Positions 18,326 through 27,088 of a DNA stretch of 64,000 nt are shown here, piece by piece. Made by a program: the position numbers and the translations under genes. Every line of letters starts with the position of its first letter. Positions within the stretch are counted from its first letter, which is position 1. Source of the DNA: an uncultured Chitinophaga sp. (GTDB taxonomy: Bacteria > Bacteroidota > Bacteroidia > UKL13-3). The DNA lies in the NCBI GenBank assembly GCA_964545895.1, contig CAZJHS010000003.1:4421-68420 (forward strand), read 5' to 3'. The notes under the pieces are model-generated. The model was not told the origin of the DNA. It worked only from the letters and a program-made list of their open reading frames with translations, and ran no database searches.

Positions 18326-18337
18326 TTCATAAAACTT

Positions 18338-18443
18338 CATCCATGCCTGTATCTAAAACCATTATTACTTTTATATTTAGCATTTGCAGCTTCTTGTTTC
18401 TTTCGTGCGGAAAATTGTACCTAAAAGCTACTGGTGTAAAACC
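18338..18443. repeat. Direct repeat DR2b (106 bp)
   Basis: Copy that forms the 5' end of the lipoprotein gene. See DR2a. Confidence 0.95.
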
Positions 18444-19006
18444 TTTTAAGCCAGTAATAGAACAGCAATTAATTAGTTACTTAAGCAAACAAGGTGTTAA
18501 ACAAGAGCGTATTTATGAAGTAGATTCTGTTCGTTTTAACGAGTTGCTTACATGATACATTAGTTTACACTAAGCCCAACTGGTGGATTCAAAATCATAT
18601 TCAACCTATACAAACCGTATGTTTTGATAATGCTACTAAAAAGCCACTGTATGCGTATTTTAATTGTATTGCAGAAAGTAAAGGGTTAACTCAATTTACT
18701 TGGAATAAATTTCAGGAGCTAGAATCGTTTCCGCCCAAAGAATATACCTCATACCGTTGGATAGACACCTTATTTACATTAAATGAATTAACCAATACAT
18801 TTGTTGATTTTAAAGGAAATTCAATTGTGTTGAACAATAACGAGAAAAAGTATACTGTATTTATTTACTACTCATTATTTGTAGAGAAGCAAGCCAACAA
18901 TTTGATAAGAGAAACGCTTACTCACCTCAACACTTTTATACCAAACGACTATAATGTGTACTTTATCAATTTTGATAATGCACTGTATCAGCTAAGTACT
19001 AATTAG
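18343..19006 (+). pseudogene. Lipoprotein gene interrupted by a frameshift
   Basis: Frame 0 runs from 18343 to the stop at 18553-18555 and includes the lipobox FLSCG. A second frame, offset +1, is open from 18524 to the stop at 19004-19006, adding about 150 aa (LHDTLVYTKPNWWIQNH...NALYQLSTN) with no start codon of its own. Confidence 0.6.
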
Positions 19007-19019
19007 GTTATACCCAACA

Positions 19020-19046
19020 GCTACTCACACACAAAATAAAAATCTC
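19020..19046. repeat. Direct repeat DR3b (27 bp; authentic 3' end of the methyltransferase gene)
   Basis: See DR3a. Confidence 0.85.
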
Positions 19047-19767
19047 CTTGTTCGTAGTTTAAGGCATTGGCACGTGTAAGTTCGCTTAGCTTACCTTGTT
19101 GCAGTTGCATAATTTTGTAGCCCAAAGGCAAAAACAAATCAAAAATAGTTGCTCTATTTTCGGGGCTGCTAATTTCCATTTGTATGGTAGGTTTAAACTT
19201 AGCAATTGTTTTTATAAAATGAGGCATCAAAAAAACTTCATAGCCTTCTACATCGCACTTTAAAAAATCAAACCTGGTTAAATGGGCAAATAATTCGTCA
19301 GGAATTTGCATGGCAACTTGGTAAGTATGCATGTTAGCCTCCTGCGCGTGGCTATCAATAACCTTTGTTAAACCGTGTCTAAAAACCCCATCAACCATGG
19401 GTGTGCCCATTTGTATGGTTTTATGCTCGCCACCTAATGCAGTTTGGTGCAGGGTAATATTACCTAAACCAAATTGAGTTACATTTTTTCTGAAAATGCT
19501 GGCAAATAAATCAACTGGTTCAACCGCATGTACATGTCCATTTGCACCTGCATATTGCGATAAAAACACCGAGTAGTAACCTACATTAGCACCAATATCA
19601 ACACAAACAAAACCTGGCTTTACTAATTGTTGTAAAAAGAATAATTCGGGATATTTTTTCTTTAAAAATCCCGAGCGTATTAAACGAATATAAACCTCGC
19701 TAACCAAGGCCAAGTATTTCTGATGTCCTAATACATCAAGCAGTAATGCGCGTAATTGTTTTTCCAT
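19021..19767 (-). CDS. FkbM-family methyltransferase
   Basis: 248 aa with the SAM-binding motif VCVDIGANVGYYS and FLKCDVEGYE. Confidence 0.8.
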   Translation of the reverse strand: MEKQLRALLLDVLGHQKYLALVSEVYIRLIRSGFLKKKYPELFFLQQLVKPGFVCVDIGANVGYYSVFLSQYAGANGHVHAVEPVDLFASIFRKNVTQFGLGNITLHQTALGGEHKTIQMGTPMVDGVFRHGLTKVIDSHAQEANMHTYQVAMQIPDELFAHLTRFDFLKCDVEGYEVFLMPHFIKTIAKFKPTIQMEISSPENRATIFDLFLPLGYKIMQLQQGKLSELTRANALNYEQGDFYFVCE

Positions 19768-19788
19768 GTATGTGTAAACCCTTTGGGC

Positions 19789-20040
19789 TTATTTCAATTC
19801 TTCATAATCCACGTACTCGCCAAGCTTTTTATCGGTTGGTTTTTTGGTGGTGTTGTTTATGTTAGGGTTAATGGTAATTTTTCCTTCGGGCTCGTTGGTT
19901 GAGTTGCTTTGGTTATAATGATGGTGGTGCGTATCGTATCTATACACTTTAGTTTTAATGGTGTTGCCACCCATTAACTTACCAAATACCAAACGCGATA
20001 ACACGTAAAACAAAAACAGGTATAATAAAAACTTTATCAT
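19789..20040 (-). CDS. DUF4834-like small membrane protein
   Basis: 83 aa with an N-terminal TM helix and a C-terminal GEYVDYEELK tail, as I recall for DUF4834. Confidence 0.6.
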   Translation of the reverse strand: MIKFLLYLFLFYVLSRLVFGKLMGGNTIKTKVYRYDTHHHHYNQSNSTNEPEGKITINPNINNTTKKPTDKKLGEYVDYEELK

Positions 20041-20096
20041 GTGCTTAAATTATGCGGTGGCAAAGGTACACTTTCTTGCCTAGCAATCAACCCCCA

Positions 20097-20927
20097 TTAA
20101 CCTATAATATTGGCATGTTTGCTGGCTACTGCGTGTCCTAAAAAGTTACCTGCTTGTGCGTTAAAATTCTTAGTATCATCAGTAGTTAAGTATTGGTGTG
20201 TACCACCTTTGCTGCAATACTGTTCCAACTCTGGGTGACGATTCAAGTAATCAACCAAACTATTTGCCACTATTTGCCCTTGGGTTAAAATAGTAATGTG
20301 TGCAGGAGTGTATTTACGAATCTTGTCAACCAATAAAGGATAATGAGTACAGCCCAATAAAATAGTATCAATTTGGGGTGATGATGCCAACAAAGAATCA
20401 ATGTGTTTTTGCACAAAATAATCGGCACCAGCGCCTGTATGCTCGTTGTTCTCTACCAACGGAACCCACATGGGGCAAGCTTCTTGAAACACCTGTACTT
20501 GCGGATAAAACTTATTTATCTCAACCACATACGATTGAGAAATAACTGTGCCTTTGGTAGCAAACACCCCCACTTGATTGGTTTTGGTGTATTTACCTAC
20601 AATTTCGGTTGTTGGACGTATTACACCTAAAACACGCAAATGATTTTCGAGCAGCGGTAAATCCTTTTGCTGTATAGTGCGCAATGCCTTTGCCGAGGCT
20701 GTATTACAAGCCAGTACCACCAAGCTACATCCTTGGTTAAACAAATGCTTTACACATTGTAAGGTGTACTCGTAAACGGTATCAAAACTACGTGTACCGT
20801 ATGGTGCACGAGCGTTATCGCCCAAATACAAGTAATCGTATTGGGGCAGTGTATGTATAAACTCCTTTAATACAGTTAATCCACCATAACCGCTATCAAA
20901 CACACCAATTGGTCCGGGTTTTATCAT
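20097..20927 (-). CDS. murI: Glutamate racemase
   Basis: Motifs PIGVFDSGYGGLTV, VLACNTASA and LGCTHYP. I prefer the ATG at 20927. The ORF-track start at 20966 is a TTG. Confidence 0.9.
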   Translation of the reverse strand: MIKPGPIGVFDSGYGGLTVLKEFIHTLPQYDYLYLGDNARAPYGTRSFDTVYEYTLQCVKHLFNQGCSLVVLACNTASAKALRTIQQKDLPLLENHLRVLGVIRPTTEIVGKYTKTNQVGVFATKGTVISQSYVVEINKFYPQVQVFQEACPMWVPLVENNEHTGAGADYFVQKHIDSLLASSPQIDTILLGCTHYPLLVDKIRKYTPAHITILTQGQIVANSLVDYLNRHPELEQYCSKGGTHQYLTTDDTKNFNAQAGNFLGHAVASKHANIIG

Positions 20928-21215
20928 ACCGCAACTTATACCAATTGTAATTATTTTCAAGTGCAAACTAGAAAATAATTTTACAATGGTAATGCCGATG
21001 CTATACCGATGAGAAATAAGTAATGGTTCAATTTCGTTTCACATCATTGTACCAAACTTCTTTCCTATCGGCATATACCACTGTAGGATTTATATCATTT
21101 AAATAATTTATAAATCACATTGGTATTACATGAAAATAGTTCAATAAGGCCATAGCAGAGATTGGACTATATTGAATGTGCCTTCGGTATTAAGGCAAAG
21201 TTGGGTTGATAGCAA

Positions 21216-21250
21216 TAAAAAAGTTCGCACAACACCAGGTTATGCGAACT
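21216..21250 (-). terminator. Rho-independent terminator of the endonuclease gene
   Basis: Stem agttcgca / tgcgaact, with a T-run on the minus strand, just downstream of the stop at 21277. Confidence 0.6.
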
Positions 21251-21276
21251 CTATTTATGGTTTTTATTAAACTTAT

Positions 21277-23793
21277 TTATTCTATAATCACACGCTTGGT
21301 AGCCACGCCACCATTGGTAATTACTTTAACAATGTACATGCCTTTTTGCGTTAGGTTTAATTGGGTTGATGTGGTTTGCTCCACCAATTTACCAGTAATA
21401 TCATATACATCAACACCCAATACTTTAAGTGCAGCAGGTAAAGCAATATTTACCACACCTGTACTTGGCACCGGATACATATTTACCAAATGATTAATAG
21501 TACTGTTTTCGGTTAAACCAACATACTGTTTAAAGTTAACCATTACACTGTCGTAAGCACGCATTTGAGGAGCTTTAGCAGCGTTAAACTCGCGTACATA
21601 AATTACCACATTGTTTTTGCTCATGTTAGGTACTTTAAATGAGTAGATGTTATTATTTTTAATAGCACCAACAATTGGAGTTACTATTATTGCAGAAGAG
21701 CTACTATCAAAATACACATATTGTAAAACTACAGAATCAACCATATTGCTATTCCAAACAATGCTGTAAGTTGAATCTGCATTTAACATAGCATTAGGTG
21801 CAGGTGCAGTAATATTTATATCAACTACCGTATCAACAGCAATGTAAGTCATCGTGCTAAAATCAATTTTTCTTGTCCACTCTGGGTGGTCAATAAATGG
21901 ATTACGATTTTTTTGTACAGTATAAATGTACTCGTTGCGCGCAATCTCTAATGCACTTGGAGGATCTTGTTGGTGCCATTGTAATAACACATTTAAATCT
22001 TGACTTGATGGCAATCTCCATGCGTTACCATTTGCACCATCATAACAAGTTAACATGTAAAGTAAAGCACGTGCGGCATCTCCTTTTTGTTCGTTGCGTG
22101 GTTCGTAAACTGTATTTCCTTTGCTATCAGTTCCTAATTTTCCTTCACCAGTAGGTGAGGTATATGTAGCATTAACTACAACAGCTAAAGGATAATTGCT
22201 ACGCTTGCCATTGCCTACAAGTTGGTCGGCAGGGAACAAGTGGTGTAAATCGTTATACTCTGGCAATTCCTTACCATTAGCGCCATTTGGCCAAGTAGAA
22301 ATACTACGTGTTGGCATCCAGCTTTGGCAAAAAGTATGCTCGCGTGTTTGTGTGCCAGGATTACCTGATTGTCCAGTCCACCATGTAAATGGCTCGTTGT
22401 ATACATAAGGAGCACCAGTATACACACAAGTAACGGCTTTTTTTCCGCCTGTTGTATCGCGCGATAAGTAGTTATTTACAATAACAGACAAATAACTACT
22501 GTAAAAAATAGTATCGTGCGAGTTAATCTTATTATGCAACGCAGTAAGGAAGTTATTAGCTTGCGGATCGATACCGTTGTAGTAATTTCCTGGCTCGCCA
22601 TTTAAAGTGGTTACACTTGAAGTTGGAACATTGCTGGTGTTGTAATTCTCAAATCCAGCAGGGCCATTAACCGAGTATGCAGCAAAGCTGTAATTGGTAT
22701 TTGCTAAAATGTAATTAGGTTTAATTGCGGTAGTATCTGCACCAATATACATTACTTGCGCACCACCAATATAATCTCCTCTTTGGTAAGTTACACCATC
22801 AACTGGTGCTTCGGTAAGTGCACCTCCCACTTTTCTCAATATCAAATATTTTTCGGTTTGGGTTGATGGATAGCTAACCGTTAATGTTTGTGTGCGCACA
22901 TTGCTCACATTAATAGAAGGAACAGCTGCAGGCTCGGTTGCATATTGGCCTCCAATAGCATAAAGATTAATTAAAAACGGGCTACGCTCTGTATCCGAAG
23001 TATATAACTTAACAGTGGCATAACGAGAACCATTTGCACTAGGTGTAAAGTAAACCGAGAAAGTATCGGTTCCATTATTAAATGGTGTAATACTATCAAA
23101 AGTGCCTACTGCAAAATCAGCAGCATGTGTGCCACTTAATACAATACTATCTATTTTTAAATTAGCCCCTGTACCTACATTTTGTATGGTAAAATTTTTA
23201 CTTGCGCTATTACCAAAAGTGTAAGTAATACCGTTTGATAAAGTGGTGGTATTTTGTTTAACCAACAAACCAACAGCAGCAGCAGGTGCCGCGTTAACCG
23301 TAATCAAATCAACGGCCATATTACCTCCACCTCCAGAACCACCCGGAAGCTTTATTGTGTAATAAAACCTTACCCAACGTGTGGTCGATTTTAATGAATC
23401 GGTATACATTGGGTCGTTAAAGTTGGTTGCAGTTGTTGCTTTTGATGTGAAGCTACGCATTGTTGTCCAAGTGGTACCATTATCACTCTCTTGAATATCA
23501 AACTGACCTGCCCAAGCATTACCTGCATTTTGTGGACTTAAATAATAAGTTAACGTACCCGGTTTATCAGCAAAGTTGATGGTTATATTTTCACCTGTCG
23601 CATCTAATCTGCCCGAAAGTGCATCGTTTTTACCAAATGCATAGGTTAAGTTTCCGTTAGTACCTACATTGTAACCCCAACCAGTTGGTGGAGCTGAAAC
23701 ACTTGGAGTTGTGAAGCCCCAGCTTGTAGGCAACACTGCCTGTGCAAATGCCAACATGGGCATCATGCATAATGAAAGTATTAGTTTTCTCAT
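21277..23793 (-). CDS. Secreted endonuclease I family nuclease with a T9SS C-terminal sorting domain
   Basis: Endonuclease I motifs are present (REHTFCQSW, DLHHLFPAD...GKRSNYP, YEPRNEQKGDAARALLYM, RNPFIDHPEW). The CTD is MYPVPSTGVVNI...GMYIVKVITNGGVATKRVIIE. The signal peptide starts at the ATG at 23793. Confidence 0.85.
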   Translation of the reverse strand: MRKLILSLCMMPMLAFAQAVLPTSWGFTTPSVSAPPTGWGYNVGTNGNLTYAFGKNDALSGRLDATGENITINFADKPGTLTYYLSPQNAGNAWAGQFDIQESDNGTTWTTMRSFTSKATTATNFNDPMYTDSLKSTTRWVRFYYTIKLPGGSGGGGNMAVDLITVNAAPAAAVGLLVKQNTTTLSNGITYTFGNSASKNFTIQNVGTGANLKIDSIVLSGTHAADFAVGTFDSITPFNNGTDTFSVYFTPSANGSRYATVKLYTSDTERSPFLINLYAIGGQYATEPAAVPSINVSNVRTQTLTVSYPSTQTEKYLILRKVGGALTEAPVDGVTYQRGDYIGGAQVMYIGADTTAIKPNYILANTNYSFAAYSVNGPAGFENYNTSNVPTSSVTTLNGEPGNYYNGIDPQANNFLTALHNKINSHDTIFYSSYLSVIVNNYLSRDTTGGKKAVTCVYTGAPYVYNEPFTWWTGQSGNPGTQTREHTFCQSWMPTRSISTWPNGANGKELPEYNDLHHLFPADQLVGNGKRSNYPLAVVVNATYTSPTGEGKLGTDSKGNTVYEPRNEQKGDAARALLYMLTCYDGANGNAWRLPSSQDLNVLLQWHQQDPPSALEIARNEYIYTVQKNRNPFIDHPEWTRKIDFSTMTYIAVDTVVDINITAPAPNAMLNADSTYSIVWNSNMVDSVVLQYVYFDSSSSAIIVTPIVGAIKNNNIYSFKVPNMSKNNVVIYVREFNAAKAPQMRAYDSVMVNFKQYVGLTENSTINHLVNMYPVPSTGVVNIALPAALKVLGVDVYDITGKLVEQTTSTQLNLTQKGMYIVKVITNGGVATKRVIIE

Positions 23794-24044
23794 AAAATAT
23801 TTCTGTGCTAAAAAAGCTGTGCAAGATAAACCTTTAGCATGCACAATTCCTTGATAATTAAATCAAATTATCATTAAATTTATGCAAACGGAGTTTTAAT
23901 TACTGCCAATTTTAAATGCTTCAGCATGATGCTCTTTGCTCAAACTATTACATTTTTGGCTTTGATTTTCAGACGTTTATTAAATTTATTGGAAATAGGT
24001 GTAACTTTACCTACCTCATTTGCGTACTACCATCGCCCCCAATA

Positions 24045-24530
24045 ATGACAGTAGCGGAATACAATACATGTGTTGATTTATTTGCTGACGGCCTATATAG
24101 GTTTGTGGTGAAGAATTGCCGCAACCAAGATATGGCGCAAGACGTGGTTCAGGACACGTTTGAAAAGTTATGGGTAAAGATAAACCACGTAGAATATGCA
24201 ACTGCTAAATCGTATTTATTTACTGCTGCCTATCATACCATGATTGATGCTATTAGAAAAGATAAAAAACATGCTGATATAACCGAAGAAAACCATGAGC
24301 ATTACAATACCGCAAGCCAATACACTGATGTAAAAAAAGTACTTAACATGGCACTAGCTAAGTTGCCCGAAATACAACGTGTGGTAATTACACTTAGAGA
24401 TTATGAGGGATATAGTTATGAGGAAATTGGACAAATAACAACTTTAACCGAAAGCCAGGTAAAGGTATACATATACCGAGCCCGCGTATTTTTAAAAAAC
24501 TATTTGGTAAGTCTTGATAGCGTAATATGA
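24045..24530 (+). CDS. ECF-type RNA polymerase sigma-70 factor
   Basis: It has region 2 (DVVQDTFEKLW) and region 4 (VITLRDYEGYSYEEIGQITTLTESQVKVYIYRAR). I prefer the ATG at 24045. Confidence 0.85.
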   Translation: MTVAEYNTCVDLFADGLYRFVVKNCRNQDMAQDVVQDTFEKLWVKINHVEYATAKSYLFTAAYHTMIDAIRKDKKHADITEENHEHYNTASQYTDVKKVLNMALAKLPEIQRVVITLRDYEGYSYEEIGQITTLTESQVKVYIYRARVFLKNYLVSLDSVI

Positions 24531-25486
24531 ATTTAGACAGAACAACATACGAGCTTTTTATTATTGATTACTTGGAGGGCCAATTGGATGCTGTTCAGGT
24601 ATCGGAGCTATTGTTGTTTTTAGAGCAAAACCCTGATTTAAAAACCGAATTTGAAGGTATTGAACAGGTGTATTTACACAAAGAGGAAATACTAAGTATT
24701 GACAAAAAATCGCTTAAAAAGCCTGAGCAAATAAACATCACTCCTGCTATAGAAAACTTGATGGTGGCCGTACTCGAATCAGATGCCACACCTGCAGAGC
24801 AAGCGCATTTATCAAACTTAACAGCAACTTACCCAAACCTGCGTATCCAACAACATTGGCTTGCGCAAACCATAACCGAAGCCGATTTAGCTGTAGTTTA
24901 TCCACGCAAAAAATCGCTTAAAAAATACAGCATTGGCAAATGGTACAAAATATCGGCTGTTGCAGCAGCACTTATTGCCAGCCTTGTAATTGCAGTGTTT
25001 TACAATACACCAATTACGCCTAATCCAATTGCCCATGTAAAGCCAGTATCTAACCCAAAAAATGTTGCACAAAACAAAGCTGAAACCCTACCCGTTTTAG
25101 CATCATTAACTACACAAAAAGAGATTAAACATACCCGTAAATCAATTTATGCAAACAAGCTAACAGCACCTATAAAAACAGCACCTGCTAGCTGCACATT
25201 AATTGCTACAAGCAAAAAGCCAATGCTAACTGCTGCCAATAAGCTGGAGTTTAAGGTACAAAACACGCAAGTAATACTTTTAGCTGCGCATAAAAATACT
25301 GATGATGATTTTATAAACGCAAACGAATGGCTTAAAAACAAAGTGGCCGAAACAACCAGTCCAAACTCATTACTGGCCCGCTTTAACCAAATTACTGGAG
25401 CAGGAATAATTTTAGAAAAAGATTCTTTTAGCGGAAAGTTTAAACGATTTGAAATTACAAGTATAGGTTTAGCTTTAAATAAATAA
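24527..25486 (+). CDS. Putative anti-sigma factor / membrane protein
   Basis: Its start overlaps the sigma gene stop (ATGA). It has one TM helix (ISAVAAALIASLVIAVFY). The call rests on position. Confidence 0.55.
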   Translation: MNLDRTTYELFIIDYLEGQLDAVQVSELLLFLEQNPDLKTEFEGIEQVYLHKEEILSIDKKSLKKPEQINITPAIENLMVAVLESDATPAEQAHLSNLTATYPNLRIQQHWLAQTITEADLAVVYPRKKSLKKYSIGKWYKISAVAAALIASLVIAVFYNTPITPNPIAHVKPVSNPKNVAQNKAETLPVLASLTTQKEIKHTRKSIYANKLTAPIKTAPASCTLIATSKKPMLTAANKLEFKVQNTQVILLAAHKNTDDDFINANEWLKNKVAETTSPNSLLARFNQITGAGIILEKDSFSGKFKRFEITSIGLALNK

Positions 25487-25546
25487 TTTTCAACTCCGCT
25501 GTAACTTTTTACATCACCTAACCGTATTACAGTAAATATTAAAACC

Positions 25547-26980
25547 ATGAAAACTTATACTAAACTATTTTTACTGCTTATTGGAGCTCCAATTTTGTTT
25601 ATTAAACCAGCTAAAGCCCAAAGCAGCCAACCATTACCCGAGTTTGATAAAATTAAAGCAGATGGCTATGTTAACATTGAACTTGTAATTGCCGATAGAC
25701 ACTCAGCTTACTCGGGTGCCGAAACAACACTTAAATTAGAGGTTAGCAACGGAACTCTTATTATCGATAATCTGCCAAGTGGAGAAAACTCGTTAAAAAT
25801 TTACACGCCTAAAATTAATGCCATACAATTAGATGGTGCTGTACACTTAACCACCACCGACACTATCAGAAATACTAATTTTTCGGTATTACTTGATGGC
25901 GCAAGTACTGCAAACATTATTGTTATAACTGATAACTTAAAAGCAACCGCTGATGGTGCTGCTAACTTAACCCTTGCAGGCAAGGCACAAACTGCGGTTT
26001 TTAATGTAGATGGTGCTGCAAAAATTAATGCTTTACAACTTATTGCAGAGCAGGCCGATGTAAAAGCAGATGGAATTGCCGCTGCAAAAGTTAACGTAAC
26101 TAAAAACCTAATTGCCCGAGCCGATGGAACTGCCAACATTAGTTTTGCCGGAAACCCCACCAATAAAACACTTACTATGGATGGTGTATCGCACATAAAA
26201 AGTATTGATACTGGTGATGACTTTACTGATTTAACGGAAACCAACACCCCAAAAGACGATACCACCAAAGTAAATATTGGCAATAAAAAGGTGCTTATTT
26301 TTGGAAACGATAAACAAAAGAAACCTAAAGAAACCACAGAATCTAAACGCATGAAACGTGTATATAGTGGGTTAGAGTTTGGTTTAAATGCATTAGTTAC
26401 CCCCGATTTGAGTTTTAAATTTGATAACACTAACAAATTTTTAAACACCAAAATGGGACAATCGTGGTTTGTTGGTTTTAACATACTTGAACGTGATTTA
26501 CAAATTGTTAAAAACAAAGTTGCCCTTACTACTGGCCTAGGTTTTAATTGGAGCGGTTATCGTTTTGATGGTAGTAATTACCTAACTCCAAATATCGACT
26601 CGGTAAGTGCAACCACATCGGCAACTGCATTAAGCTTAAACCAACTAAATACATTTGATATAAATGCGCCCTTACTAATTAAATATGCTCCTGGCCGAAA
26701 CAACAAAAAAAATAAAGGTTTCCATATTGCTGCAGGTGCAATTTTTAGATACATAGCCGCTGTAAATGTAAAAACCGAAACCACAGCAAATGGCTACAGG
26801 CAAATGGTATATCTGTACGATGATTTTAACATTAACCCGTTAAAAGTTGATGCAACAGTTAGAGTTGGATATAATAAATTACGCCTTTTTGCCAACTACT
26901 CGCTTACACCCTATTTCAATGCCAACAACGCACCCGATGTGCGCACATTTGCAGTAGGAATTACGCTTTTATCACACTAA
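25547..26980 (+). CDS. Head GIN (DUF2807)-like domain fused to an outer-membrane beta-barrel-like C-terminus
   Basis: 477 aa with a signal peptide. Repeated DGA(A/S)xxN strands resemble DUF2807. The C-terminal half is rich in alternating aromatic and Gly residues and ends FAVGITLLSH. Confidence 0.55.
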   Translation: MKTYTKLFLLLIGAPILFIKPAKAQSSQPLPEFDKIKADGYVNIELVIADRHSAYSGAETTLKLEVSNGTLIIDNLPSGENSLKIYTPKINAIQLDGAVHLTTTDTIRNTNFSVLLDGASTANIIVITDNLKATADGAANLTLAGKAQTAVFNVDGAAKINALQLIAEQADVKADGIAAAKVNVTKNLIARADGTANISFAGNPTNKTLTMDGVSHIKSIDTGDDFTDLTETNTPKDDTTKVNIGNKKVLIFGNDKQKKPKETTESKRMKRVYSGLEFGLNALVTPDLSFKFDNTNKFLNTKMGQSWFVGFNILERDLQIVKNKVALTTGLGFNWSGYRFDGSNYLTPNIDSVSATTSATALSLNQLNTFDINAPLLIKYAPGRNNKKNKGFHIAAGAIFRYIAAVNVKTETTANGYRQMVYLYDDFNINPLKVDATVRVGYNKLRLFANYSLTPYFNANNAPDVRTFAVGITLLSH

Positions 26981-27004
26981 TTCAATCAATAAACCTTATA
27001 GGCA

Positions 27005-27045
27005 AACGCCTATTGCTCTTTAAGTGGAGCAATAGGCGTTTTTTG
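27005..27045 (+). terminator. Rho-independent terminator
   Basis: 14-bp stem aacgcctattgctc / gagcaataggcgtt followed by ttttt. Confidence 0.75.
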
Positions 27046-27088
27046 TAATAAATTATCTGTTTGTAAATGCTTACTTTCGCATCAAATT

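Larger units (their letters stand above)
16625..18337. mobile_element. Segment bracketed by DR2 copies (CTD remnant, terminator, 505-aa T9SS cargo gene, DR3a)
   Basis: The layout is consistent with single-crossover (Campbell-type) insertion of a circle carrying the 106-bp homology. There is no recombinase gene. Confidence 0.4.

Noticed and set aside
10499-19019. Integrase, transposase or IS element that could explain the repeat-flanked cassettes
   Set aside because: I read all six frames of the cassettes. No ORF shows tyrosine-recombinase (R..HxxR..Y), serine-recombinase or DDE signatures, and there are no terminal inverted repeats. The repeats are direct copies of gene ends, not target-site duplications of IS size.
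20967-21215. About 250-bp non-coding stretch upstream of murI with a distant inverted match (atgccgat / atcggcat)
   Set aside because: The stems are short and about 70 nt apart. I recognise no riboswitch or sRNA signature, so it is probably just promoter DNA.
25801-26517. 238-aa minus-strand ORF, and similar long antisense ORFs (8925-9311, 37549-37962, 57184-57597, 52199-52516)
   Set aside because: Each is fully embedded antisense in a confidently assigned gene (the GIN/OMP gene, the MoxR ATPase gene, the DUF4139 gene, prfA, tsf). They are Ser/Leu/Ala-rich shadow frames.
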